The translations under genes and the position numbers were made by a program. The notes under the pieces are model-generated. The model did no database searches. It worked only from the letters and a program-made list of their open reading frames with translations, and was not told the origin of the DNA. A stretch of 64,000 nt of DNA from a virus, in the IMG/VR virus record IMGVR_UViG_3300005915_000001, positions 2,532 through 66,531 of that record; one strand, 5' to 3'. Positions 44,158 to 53,011 of the stretch are shown here, one piece after another. Each line of letters starts with the position of its first letter. The stretch's first letter is position 1.

Positions 44158-44829
44158 TTATGCATCTGCACCGTGCTCGGTTTGGATCACGATTTCACTA
44201 TTGGCAGGCGTAGCATTCTCGACGAAAATTTTCTTTCCATCCCGGTCAAATCCAGATGCCACTGGATTAGCAATCTCCAGAACAGTTGCAGCCGCATCGG
44301 CGGTTGCCGTTAGAGCGGCTTCGACAGCCGTGCCTACACAGCAAGTGTATCTGCGAAGGTCGGTCCAAGATCCATTGACGCCAGTCTCGGCACTCGTCTG
44401 CACTATCACCTCGGTGCCTGTGTGGGCCGTGGTGGAATTCAAGCAAACGTAAATATGCAGGGTCGCGTTAAATGCCCCATCCAGATCAATGGCTCCTGTC
44501 TCGATAATGTGGCCTTCAGAAGCTCCACCTGGAATCTCAGTCCATGGAAGGACTTCGACTTCGGCACTTGTGTTTTCGGTTGCCGATTTCCCAGTGACCT
44601 TTGCCAGAGCAACACGAACAAAGACCGAGCTGCCATCGAGATCGTAGTCGTTGTTAAATACGACGTTCGCCTGTTTGTCGTTATCAGGTATCGAAATTTC
44701 CTGAGCCGAAACAGCTGAGCCTCTTGCACTGTCGATTGAATACACCTTTGAAGTGTTGAGCTGTTCGTGGTCCAGGCCAGCCAGGATCTTTAGAGTGTCA
44801 ATTGTAATGGCCATCGAATTAGCCTCCAA
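44158..44829 (-). CDS. putative virion structural/accessory protein
   Basis: beta-rich ORF in tail operon; visibly more GC-rich than neighbours. Confidence 0.6.
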   Translation of the reverse strand: MEANSMAITIDTLKILAGLDHEQLNTSKVYSIDSARGSAVSAQEISIPDNDKQANVVFNNDYDLDGSSVFVRVALAKVTGKSATENTSAEVEVLPWTEIPGGASEGHIIETGAIDLDGAFNATLHIYVCLNSTTAHTGTEVIVQTSAETGVNGSWTDLRRYTCCVGTAVEAALTATADAAATVLEIANPVASGFDRDGKKIFVENATPANSEIVIQTEHGADA

Positions 44830-45148
44830 TGCTTTCTGCTAAGGTTGTCATTGCAGTAGCGACTTTATTGCTTGTTTTTAATGTTTCTTCGTTCACATAC
44901 GCTTTAACTAGAGGTTCGAGCTGTTGCTCTAATTTTGCTACCCATGCAGCAATTTGCTCATTAACAGTTTTGTCGTCACCTATCTTGTAATTGGCTGTCT
45001 TCGTTGCTGTGAACACGGGTGTATCAACTTTAATGTCATCACCAACATTCCAGCAGTCAAGCCTCACGGTTCCATGTAAGAGTTTCCCCCCGAAGTCTGG
45101 TCCACCATCTTTGATGGATACAATTGTGCATTTCTTTTGTAGTGCCAT
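44819..45148 (-). CDS. hypothetical tail-region protein
   Basis: ORF with RBS AAGGA. Confidence 0.65.
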   Translation of the reverse strand: MALQKKCTIVSIKDGGPDFGGKLLHGTVRLDCWNVGDDIKVDTPVFTATKTANYKIGDDKTVNEQIAAWVAKLEQQLEPLVKAYVNEETLKTSNKVATAMTTLAESIGG

Positions 45149-45160
45149 TTGTCTTATTCC

Positions 45161-46723
45161 TTAGATGAATGGGTTTTGTTCTTTAATGTATAGTTGCATT
45201 ACTTCTTGTTCTGTTAGGGCTCGGTTGTAGATTCTGATTGGACCGATTTGGCCGGTAAACATTTGTACACTTGCACCTGCATAGTCCCCAATTAGAACAT
45301 TTGTCGATGTTGGAAATAAATCATCCGTAAAATCACCGTCTAAAGCTTTTTCGATGCCGTTTACATAACACTTAGTTGTGCGTCCTTTCGTGAAGGCCAC
45401 ATGATACCACTGTCCGACAGACACTATCTCGTCAACTGTATCCATTGATGTATTACTTGCTCCATCTGCACTAAGCCTTATCTGTAGCTTCTTCCCACTT
45501 AACCTAAATAGCCAACTCCTGCTCTCAGCGACTGTTATATACTTCGAGACGATCACTCTCAGATGGTCTATGGCCGAAGTGTTTATCCACGCCGAAACAG
45601 TAACGTCAGTGCTGTTTAAGCTTTCATTATTTCCACAATTAACATAGTCGCCAGTACCATTAAAGTCCAGAGCCGGACCCATCTCGGAAAGCACAAAATG
45701 AGCATCACCCTCAAGAGATCCATCATTTCCGTCATAGCTCTGATCATAGATCTTATTACCGCCAGCCTCAAGCATGTCGTACTTCAGCACCAAGCCTTGC
45801 TCCAGCGTGTCTGCACTGTCGGGAAGGCTACCAAGCATGTTACGGACACTTGGAAATACTAAAGCAGGTCCTTTGACCAAAGATTTATCAATTATATCTT
45901 CTATACCAACGGACTCACTAATATTTCTATTAAAGGAATTACTTGAAACAATTATATCTTCTATACCAATGGACTCATTTAGTACTTTAATGTATTCAGT
46001 TATAGACTCTGAAGAAACTACATCAGACATACCAATGGAATCATTTAGTACTTTAATGTATTCAGTTATAGACTCTGAAGAAACTACATCAGACATACCA
46101 ATGGACTCATTTAGTACTTTAATGTATTCAATTATAGACTCTGAAGAAACTACATCAGACATACCAATGGAATCATTTAGTACTTTAATATATTCAATTA
46201 TAGACTCTGAAGAAACTACATCAGACATACCAATGGAATCATTTAGTACTTTAATATAGTTTTGTATCTCTCTTAAAGTAAGTGTGAGTAAAAAGTTTGA
46301 AGTAAAATTACTGCGTCGTTTTGTAGAACTATTATCATCCACACCAATATAAATAATAGGAGTAGTACGACTTGCGTTTATGATCTTATATTCATAAGAC
46401 CCTATTATGATTAAATTATTTTGAATTGCATCAAGCGCTAAGGATATTTCTTCAATCTTATTGTATGCTGTATCGTAATCTCTAGACCTTATACGGATTT
46501 GCACTCCAGGATGAATAACAACTTCTCCTGTCATATATCTACCGTCTTTAATTCCAGATGTGTCATATACCACAGCACAATTAGTATTTACTTGAGGACC
46601 ATCTGGCAAACTACTGATATACATTGGCCAATCATCACTGTCGCTTGGATCAGAAGCAAGAGCAATACCGTCAATGATATATCTTGAAAGTATATGTGCT
46701 GGTGATATTCTTAATCGTTTCAT
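45161..46723 (-). CDS. tail terminator-like domain + 22-aa repeat stalk + LamG/ConA-like lectin domain
   Basis: N-terminal P.VQIRIRS.DY motif; repeats; ALDFNGTGDYV, TVSAWI, WYHVA, YVNG, RIYNRAL; start probably MKRLR (46723). Confidence 0.75.
   Translation of the reverse strand: MKRLRISPAHILSRYIIDGIALASDPSDSDDWPMYISSLPDGPQVNTNCAVVYDTSGIKDGRYMTGEVVIHPGVQIRIRSRDYDTAYNKIEEISLALDAIQNNLIIIGSYEYKIINASRTTPIIYIGVDDNSSTKRRSNFTSNFLLTLTLREIQNYIKVLNDSIGMSDVVSSESIIEYIKVLNDSIGMSDVVSSESIIEYIKVLNESIGMSDVVSSESITEYIKVLNDSIGMSDVVSSESITEYIKVLNESIGIEDIIVSSNSFNRNISESVGIEDIIDKSLVKGPALVFPSVRNMLGSLPDSADTLEQGLVLKYDMLEAGGNKIYDQSYDGNDGSLEGDAHFVLSEMGPALDFNGTGDYVNCGNNESLNSTDVTVSAWINTSAIDHLRVIVSKYITVAESRSWLFRLSGKKLQIRLSADGASNTSMDTVDEIVSVGQWYHVAFTKGRTTKCYVNGIEKALDGDFTDDLFPTSTNVLIGDYAGASVQMFTGQIGPIRIYNRALTEQEVMQLYIKEQNPFI
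45963..46258. repeat. 66-bp tandem repeat (about 4.5 copies)
   Basis: Unit starts at 45966, 46032, 46098, 46164, 46230; encodes YIKVLNDSIGMSDVVSSESIIE. Confidence 0.92.
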
Positions 46724-46725
46724 GC

Positions 46726-47220
46726 TTACGATCCAGTTAAAGTAATATTCCAAGTTACCGTAAGAGTGTCACTTGCACCTTTTACAATTTGTGGACTGAA
46801 CACTGAAGTCGATATAGTGTGTGACGCATCCGCTTCACCTGCATCGGTTGTATTATCTACCAAACCTACTCTATTGATTGTAGCATTTGTTCCTTCACCC
46901 GCAGCCCATAGTCGTCTAAACTGTATGATATTAGATGATGCACCTTCTTTAGGTGTGCTATCGTCTAACGCTTGAGCAGATCCTGAAACATAATCACCTG
47001 TAGCGATAAAACTTCCAGCACCACTTTTTGAAGCAGTGGTCGACGCTGTTCCAAGTTTCATGCCCCACGTTGAATAAGCTGCTGTATAAATTGCAGACTT
47101 AAAAAAATCATCCCCTTGATCTGTAACAAGATTATGGGTAACAGATCTATGCTTCAAATTGCCTTCTTTGTCACATAACTCTACAATGACTTCACCTTTT
47201 AGACCAATTTGATTATTCAT
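46726..47220 (-). CDS. virion structural protein
   Basis: HNLVT..G, LGT, K...DTLTVTW.I motif; head-tail region. Confidence 0.65.
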   Translation of the reverse strand: MNNQIGLKGEVIVELCDKEGNLKHRSVTHNLVTDQGDDFFKSAIYTAAYSTWGMKLGTASTTASKSGAGSFIATGDYVSGSAQALDDSTPKEGASSNIIQFRRLWAAGEGTNATINRVGLVDNTTDAGEADASHTISTSVFSPQIVKGASDTLTVTWNITLTGS

Positions 47221-47672
47221 TACAATTTTACCTTACTATAAATTATATTTAAAATTGCTGTTCGCTCTTCTCTAGCTGGTTTTTCTAAGAACTTCGCTTG
47301 TTGGTTTTCGCCCCTAAGAAACATGCCGCCCTTTGCAGTTTTTTGCTTTTTACTTGCACCCGCAATTGCAGAGCTATGCTTGATATTAAATGCTTGACCA
47401 TGGGCTTTCTCTAAATCTTCATGAACATACACAGCGTAATTTGCTGTGTACCCTACAATGACATCTGGCCTTTTTACTGTTCCAATATCACGGGTGAATG
47501 CAGAAGCTTTTAATGGACCTAATTGTACTGGAACTATTTGTTGGCTTTTTCTTTGTAAATATATTCCACCAAGTTTGAGACCATAACGAATTTTTCTTTG
47601 ATAACTTGATGTTGCTCTTTCAAAATTCTTAAGAACATTTTTCATCCCAGTCATTTTTGTTAGTTTAGCCAT
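47220..47672 (-). CDS. neck/tail-completion protein (HK97 gp10-like)
   Basis: VPV..G.LK.S, YAVYVHE, AKFLE. Confidence 0.75.
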   Translation of the reverse strand: MAKLTKMTGMKNVLKNFERATSSYQRKIRYGLKLGGIYLQRKSQQIVPVQLGPLKASAFTRDIGTVKRPDVIVGYTANYAVYVHEDLEKAHGQAFNIKHSSAIAGASKKQKTAKGGMFLRGENQQAKFLEKPAREERTAILNIIYSKVKL

Positions 47673-47675
47673 AAT

Positions 47676-48041
47676 CTATAGAAACGCAGTCCGTAGAGAC
47701 TCTGTTGCTTTGAAATTTGGAACGCTGTTAAATCCTCTGATTTCCCATGCTCCGTCGTTCTCTTTAATATTTACTGAATCAGTAATATCATCTAATACAC
47801 CAAGCATCAATACTTCACTCGCTACCATGTCACGATCAACGAAAACTTTTGATTTAGACACTTGTTCAGACCCATTGAAATCTATAAACTGCACTATTTT
47901 ATCAGACCATCGACAAGATATTTCAACAGGATCAGTATACTGGGGTTGCCCATAATCATCATATGCAACTCCACCACTTTCATTATGCTCTAAAGCCCAA
48001 TATACAGCAGTTTGTTTTCGCATTCTAGTGATAATAGACAT
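47676..48041 (-). CDS. head closure/stopper protein
   Basis: D.YGQP.Y..PVEI.CRW; synteny. Confidence 0.7.
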   Translation of the reverse strand: MSIITRMRKQTAVYWALEHNESGGVAYDDYGQPQYTDPVEISCRWSDKIVQFIDFNGSEQVSKSKVFVDRDMVASEVLMLGVLDDITDSVNIKENDGAWEIRGFNSVPNFKATESLRTAFL

Positions 48042-48042
48042 T

Positions 48043-48258
48043 TTAAATCCCTTGAATCATTCTAGCAAAGGCCATTACAATTCCTGCACCACCAACTCCA
48101 CCTACTAAACTGATTCCAACTGTGAGACCTACCAAAAACATTTTGTTTTTAACAATTGCTTTTCCGTGTGGGCATGATGCAATGTGCTCTAGTAAAACTT
48201 CTTTATTTATTTCCCTAGCGATTTCCATGCATATAGCTTTGTCCCCGTCATCTAACAT
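48043..48258 (-). CDS. small membrane protein (holin candidate)
   Basis: C-terminal Gly-rich hydrophobic helix. Confidence 0.45.
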   Translation of the reverse strand: MLDDGDKAICMEIAREINKEVLLEHIASCPHGKAIVKNKMFLVGLTVGISLVGGVGGAGIVMAFARMIQGI

Positions 48259-48665
48259 TATGATTTATCCTCCATGTTAGCATCGTCTGTATGAAGTGAA
48301 ATTATGTCAAGAACGTTACTTCCTCCACGTTTTGTGCTTTCGTTTAATCTGGCAAGTCCTCCTGCTGTATCAAGTCGCATAGCCATTTGACCATAGTGTG
48401 ATGTATCAAATCCTAGATCAACTTTCGACTGTTTCTTTTCAGAAACTTCATCAGCTTTTTCATCAAACGAACGCATATCTCTGTTTGTGTACATATGTGC
48501 AGAGAGCCAACGTTCAATTAATTCTAATCTTGTAGCGTCATAAGTTGAAACAGATGAACAACATTCAGTGACAAGTGCATTAGCTGCTTCGATAAACGGA
48601 GTCAAACTAATAGACGCATCGACTTCAATGATTCCTTCTACACTTGATGATGATGTTCTAGCCAT
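48258..48665 (-). CDS. head-tail adaptor protein
   Basis: IERWLSAH, T.YGQ.A..LDT.G.L; start probably MARTS. Confidence 0.7.
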   Translation of the reverse strand: MARTSSSSVEGIIEVDASISLTPFIEAANALVTECCSSVSTYDATRLELIERWLSAHMYTNRDMRSFDEKADEVSEKKQSKVDLGFDTSHYGQMAMRLDTAGGLARLNESTKRGGSNVLDIISLHTDDANMEDKS

Positions 48666-49281
48666 TTCGATCTTTCCAAAATTTATCACAACTTACTTTA
48701 GGAAATACATCAAGACCACTATCATCAGTGATATTTATGATCTCTCTATCTGGAAATCTTCTCGGCATCCATGAAGCTAAATTCTTAAATGCCTGGTTGA
48801 ATCTCTTATATACTTTTGCGTTAGGTGGACTCAACAAATGATCATGCCAATTTGGTTTACCTTGTTCTGATAATTTACAATCAAATCCTAATAAATAAAC
48901 TTTCTTAGCCCCTAAGATCAATGCTAAATTAATCGCATTAGCACCAGTGTTCTTGTTCCAACCAAGCTTGGTTTTAGATAAACCCTTGGCTTGACGTTCT
49001 AATGTCCAAATCCAATCAGCTTGGGTCCGAAGTAATTCATGATGGCTTGTAAAAACTGTCCCTTTGTAATTCATGAGTTGATTCTTATGTTCTTTGAACC
49101 ATTTCATGTCACCAAAGATATGAAGTTTACAAATCTCTTCACCTAAAGTATATGCATCATTGCAACCAATAGTACATTCACTTTTGAGTAAAGACCAATC
49201 AAACTCACGAAGAGAATCCCCTCCACCGATTATAAAAACGTCTTTATCTTTCCATGTTTCCACTGGCTTCCATCGTGGCAT
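48658..49281 (-). CDS. DUF115/Maf-like putative nonulosonate transferase located in the head module
   Basis: FIIGGGDSL, IGCN, NTGANAINLALILGAKKVYLLGFD. Confidence 0.65.
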   Translation of the reverse strand: MPRWKPVETWKDKDVFIIGGGDSLREFDWSLLKSECTIGCNDAYTLGEEICKLHIFGDMKWFKEHKNQLMNYKGTVFTSHHELLRTQADWIWTLERQAKGLSKTKLGWNKNTGANAINLALILGAKKVYLLGFDCKLSEQGKPNWHDHLLSPPNAKVYKRFNQAFKNLASWMPRRFPDREIINITDDSGLDVFPKVSCDKFWKDRNG

Positions 49282-49595
49282 TACTCATCCTCAGTGTCAT
49301 CAGCATCAGACTGTTCTACGATCTTCGTAATCTCTGATCCAAGTGAGATTGGTTCGCCTGTAGCAACTTTGGCAACATTGATAAAACGTTCTGGAATGGG
49401 GATAGTCGGTTGATTATCCCCACCCAGATCATCCATCGCTGTATCGAGTCGCACAAACTTATTCGGAAAGGCTGCTACTAAATCAGTATCAGTCTCAATT
49501 CTTTGGCCCGGATTAACTACTACAGGTCCTTTTTTAGCGTCGATGCCGTGATGCTCACCGGCTTTCGCAATCATTCTATAAACGACCATTCTCAA
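49281..49595 (-). CDS. hypothetical head-region protein
   Basis: ORF directly after the capsid gene. Confidence 0.6.
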   Translation of the reverse strand: MRMVVYRMIAKAGEHHGIDAKKGPVVVNPGQRIETDTDLVAAFPNKFVRLDTAMDDLGGDNQPTIPIPERFINVAKVATGEPISLGSEITKIVEQSDADDTEDE

Positions 49596-49627
49596 ACCCT
49601 TTCCATGAGTTTTTATGAATTTCTAAA

Positions 49628-50719
49628 TTAGACAGATCCGTGAACGATACCTGTACGCGAATTAATATCAGACCTCAACTGTGGAACTACAATAGTCATA
49701 ACCTTGAAGTTCTTTTGCATGCCACCCAAGGTGTCCCACTGCAACGTAGTAATGTCCATACCAATAACGAGACGAATCACAGACTTAGATTCTTGAACAA
49801 GCAAGATGTCATAGTCTTCCATATAGTCAAGAGTGACAATGTCAGAGATACCATTAACTGCCTTGACTCTTTCTCTCAAGGTGCGATCACTAGCAGTCTT
49901 GAAATCACCATCAAGATACAGATCCCAATTCGGAGCGACAAACAAAGTCCAAGGGCCGAAGTGAAGACCAGTGTCGGTACTTTGCAATCTCATTTGCATG
50001 ACTTCGGTCAAAAATGTTGTACCAGTCCAACCAGCAGCAGTAGGTGATGTAATAGTTCTGGTCATACGTTGAGGATAATTCAACAAACCATAGACACTTC
50101 CACCACCATAAGTGTAAGTGTCAATACGACCAAGTGCTAGTCTCTCAACAGACTCCGCAACTTTTTCACCTGACAATTCCATTGTGGTAGTATCAAGAGG
50201 TGAACCACCATTACGTGATACAATGATTTGACGAGCACTGAACTGAAAATCCTTATGCGTGATTGGCATAGGGAGTGAACTTGGTTCGAACTCTGGACGA
50301 TCATTGTCACCTTCACGAATACCGTCCATACTGATGATTGCGTCGTTAACTTCGCTTTGAGTTTCTGTCTCAAGAATAGTCTTACCCATTCCTTGAGGAA
50401 TCGTAAAAGTGAGCCCTGCTCCACGAAGCATTGAAACCAATTTAAGACGTTTCGTTGCAGCTTTCGTAACTGCATCGTCCATGATTTTCCAATCATCTTT
50501 ACGCATAGTCGCAGTTGTGTTTGTCAACATCTGCGTTTCAATCCTACCCTGTGGAGATGTATGCGTGATGTAGGAATTTCCGTCTGTATGTTTAAACGGA
50601 CGAAGTACGCCAACATCCCCATTTGCATCGATCAAACGATCAGCAGGATCGCCACCCATCGCTCCACCCTTAATCCGCTGGATTGATCCATTGGACATAT
50701 ATTTTTGCAACAGTTTCAT
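49628..50719 (-). CDS. major capsid protein (HK97 fold, encapsulin-like)
   Basis: P+PI.HKDF...R, YGLLN.P, GIVH C-terminus; synteny after protease and decoration genes. Confidence 0.85.
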   Translation of the reverse strand: MKLLQKYMSNGSIQRIKGGAMGGDPADRLIDANGDVGVLRPFKHTDGNSYITHTSPQGRIETQMLTNTTATMRKDDWKIMDDAVTKAATKRLKLVSMLRGAGLTFTIPQGMGKTILETETQSEVNDAIISMDGIREGDNDRPEFEPSSLPMPITHKDFQFSARQIIVSRNGGSPLDTTTMELSGEKVAESVERLALGRIDTYTYGGGSVYGLLNYPQRMTRTITSPTAAGWTGTTFLTEVMQMRLQSTDTGLHFGPWTLFVAPNWDLYLDGDFKTASDRTLRERVKAVNGISDIVTLDYMEDYDILLVQESKSVIRLVIGMDITTLQWDTLGGMQKNFKVMTIVVPQLRSDINSRTGIVHGSV

Positions 50720-50767
50720 GTCTAGCCTTTCAAAGTTTGTAAACGATTAATCTTAGTTACGCAAATT

Positions 50768-51217
50768 CTAATTGCGATGAGCGCGAACCAAGATAAGTTG
50801 AGCCGTTGACAGTGAATCAGCAGCAAGGTCTTTATCTTCCATTGCTTCAGCAACACAAAAGTCATCAGTCCCAGCACTATCTTCGTCGAATTTCTGCAAA
50901 TTACCTTCACCGTCACTACCCAGTAAATCACCAACGACAACTGTTTCCCCATCTGCGAGCAGTGCATATACTTTTGATCCAACGTTCGGCAAAATCACAG
51001 GTGTTACTTCACCAGAAGTAATCGCGGTATCAACACCACTACCTACCAGAGCGTTCTCTTGAACGAACATCAGTTCAGCACGCCCCCACGCAGTAGAGTG
51101 CTTTTGAATTTTACCATCTGAGTCCAATTCTACGAGATTACCAGGTAGCAATGCTACCGTGTTGACATATTCCTCGTACTGAAATGGTCCTTTAGCATGG
51201 ATTCTTTTAGCAGCCAT
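50768..51217 (-). CDS. capsid decoration/cement protein
   Basis: PG.LV, G.L.K; lies between protease and capsid. Confidence 0.7.
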   Translation of the reverse strand: MAAKRIHAKGPFQYEEYVNTVALLPGNLVELDSDGKIQKHSTAWGRAELMFVQENALVGSGVDTAITSGEVTPVILPNVGSKVYALLADGETVVVGDLLGSDGEGNLQKFDEDSAGTDDFCVAEAMEDKDLAADSLSTAQLILVRAHRN

Positions 51218-51255
51218 GTATATTCCTTTCGATCTTTATTCTTTGTGTTTACGTG

Positions 51256-52782
51256 TTATTCTTTAGCTTCACTCATAACTGTAGGAGGAAGCATTGGTTC
51301 AGGCATGTCACTTTGTTCAGCATTTTCATGAAGCCCAAGAGCTGCAAAATCAACTTCAAGATCAGACTCTTCATCTTCAATAGTATTGACAGCCAGTGAC
51401 GCGATGCCTCTGAGGGTATCAATTTCCATCGTCTTCAATTGATCTTCTGAGAAGACATTACTGTCATTGGAAGTAATGCGTTTAATCAAAGCCAGTTTCA
51501 CATTGGCTGTCTGCTTCATCGCACCATTCACAATAGTCGCAATCTCAGGAGGAGCATCTTTCAGCCATTGCTTCGCTGTCTTTGGTTTGTCATTTGTCTT
51601 ATCAGCATTAGCGATTGTTTCGGCATCAGCATCTGCTTTCTTCTTATCATCCAGTTCGATCTTGTCTGCCGCCAGCTTTACAGCGTTCTCAACAGCAGTG
51701 TCACCTGCAAGAGTTTCACTCTCTTGCATTTTAGTAATGACTTCCTCATCCAATGCCATCAACGTCTCTTTGTCTTTTTCAGTCCAGCTATTGCTGTTCG
51801 AAGCAATGATAGACTGTACAACTTTCTTCTTATCCATAATGGATTCCTTTCGGTTATTACCAACAAACTCACCAGACTTAGTCCGGAATTCAGTTACACG
51901 AACAACTTCAGTCTCACCTTGAATACCGTCAATAGTCACAACGTTATCTTCGAGTGTATAATTCAATGAATAAAACTTGCCAGATAATTCATAGATAAAG
52001 AAATCATCGTACACAGCTTCAATCCATGCATCATCATGTTTTTCCCACAACCATGAGTTAAGTAATGAACGGACATTTCCGTGGCTCATTGCATTGTTAA
52101 CTAATTGGATCACTTCGGGATTTATTTTCAACACAGTCTGATTTCTTAGAAGGCCAGCACCGTCCTCAATTGAACAGGCTCCTTTCAAATCAGGTAACAA
52201 AGCTAAATGATCGGGACGATAGTTCCGAGCGATACCAACATACTTTTCACCTTCCCATTCGCCTTCTTCATTATCAGTCTTTGTAAATAGTCCCGTCGAT
52301 AACTCCATCATTGTGTTTGTTTCAATGGCATTGGATATCCGTTCATCAACTGCATCACATCGATCTTGCTCAAGCCAAGCCTCAGCTTTTAGGGCATCAA
52401 CAGATTTCTTGTTGACAGTGATTTTTTCAACCTTCGCGTTCATTATGATACCAACCATTCTGTTGCTAAGAATAATCGGATCACATGCAGAAACACCTTG
52501 TCCATTAGCTTCAGGATGATACACAACAACTGGCTTGTGGTTCCATGCCTGTGGGCAGTCGTTCAGTTCTTCTTGAGGATAGTACAATGCACCACCACTA
52601 CCCTCATGCACACCTTCAGTTAACATCACCATTGGTGCAACTAAATATTGTTTATCACCTATCGAGTCAAAGCGCGTAGTGCCAGTGAAGTTTGCAGTTA
52701 TTCGTTGGACGTTATTTTTTAGTTTCTTTTTCATGTTATCTCTTTCAAACGTAGACTCCAGGTTCTTCGATTGGTAAATCAT
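51256..52782 (-). CDS. prohead protease/scaffold (DUF2213-like)
   Basis: PVVVYHP, ELSTG, DHLALLP...GACS..DG.G; acidic coiled C-terminus; start probably MKKKL. Confidence 0.8.
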   Translation of the reverse strand: MIYQSKNLESTFERDNMKKKLKNNVQRITANFTGTTRFDSIGDKQYLVAPMVMLTEGVHEGSGGALYYPQEELNDCPQAWNHKPVVVYHPEANGQGVSACDPIILSNRMVGIIMNAKVEKITVNKKSVDALKAEAWLEQDRCDAVDERISNAIETNTMMELSTGLFTKTDNEEGEWEGEKYVGIARNYRPDHLALLPDLKGACSIEDGAGLLRNQTVLKINPEVIQLVNNAMSHGNVRSLLNSWLWEKHDDAWIEAVYDDFFIYELSGKFYSLNYTLEDNVVTIDGIQGETEVVRVTEFRTKSGEFVGNNRKESIMDKKKVVQSIIASNSNSWTEKDKETLMALDEEVITKMQESETLAGDTAVENAVKLAADKIELDDKKKADADAETIANADKTNDKPKTAKQWLKDAPPEIATIVNGAMKQTANVKLALIKRITSNDSNVFSEDQLKTMEIDTLRGIASLAVNTIEDEESDLEVDFAALGLHENAEQSDMPEPMLPPTVMSEAKE

Positions 52783-53011
52783 CGGGTATGTATTCGATTA
52801 TCTTAGGTTTCAAATTCGTTATTGCATCCATCGCCACTGCATCAACACCCTGTATGCCGTCGAAATATTCACTCATCTTATATGTGTCGCTCACTAACAA
52901 CTTAGTTTCATCAAAAGATGATCCAAGAATCTGCTCAGTGTTTCTATCTTTACAAATCCAAATACCTTTGTTGAATGTGGCAGATATATTATTGAGTGTA
53001 ATAATAATCAT
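52745..53011 (-). CDS. small acidic protein, candidate immunity protein
   Basis: ATGA-coupled to the MuF-peptidase gene. Confidence 0.5.
   Translation of the reverse strand: MIIITLNNISATFNKGIWICKDRNTEQILGSSFDETKLLVSDTYKMSEYFDGIQGVDAVAMDAITNLKPKIIEYIPDDLPIEEPGVYV

Noticed and set aside
45963-46258. 66-bp repeats as a CRISPR array
   Set aside because: Contiguous in-frame coding repeats with no unique spacers.
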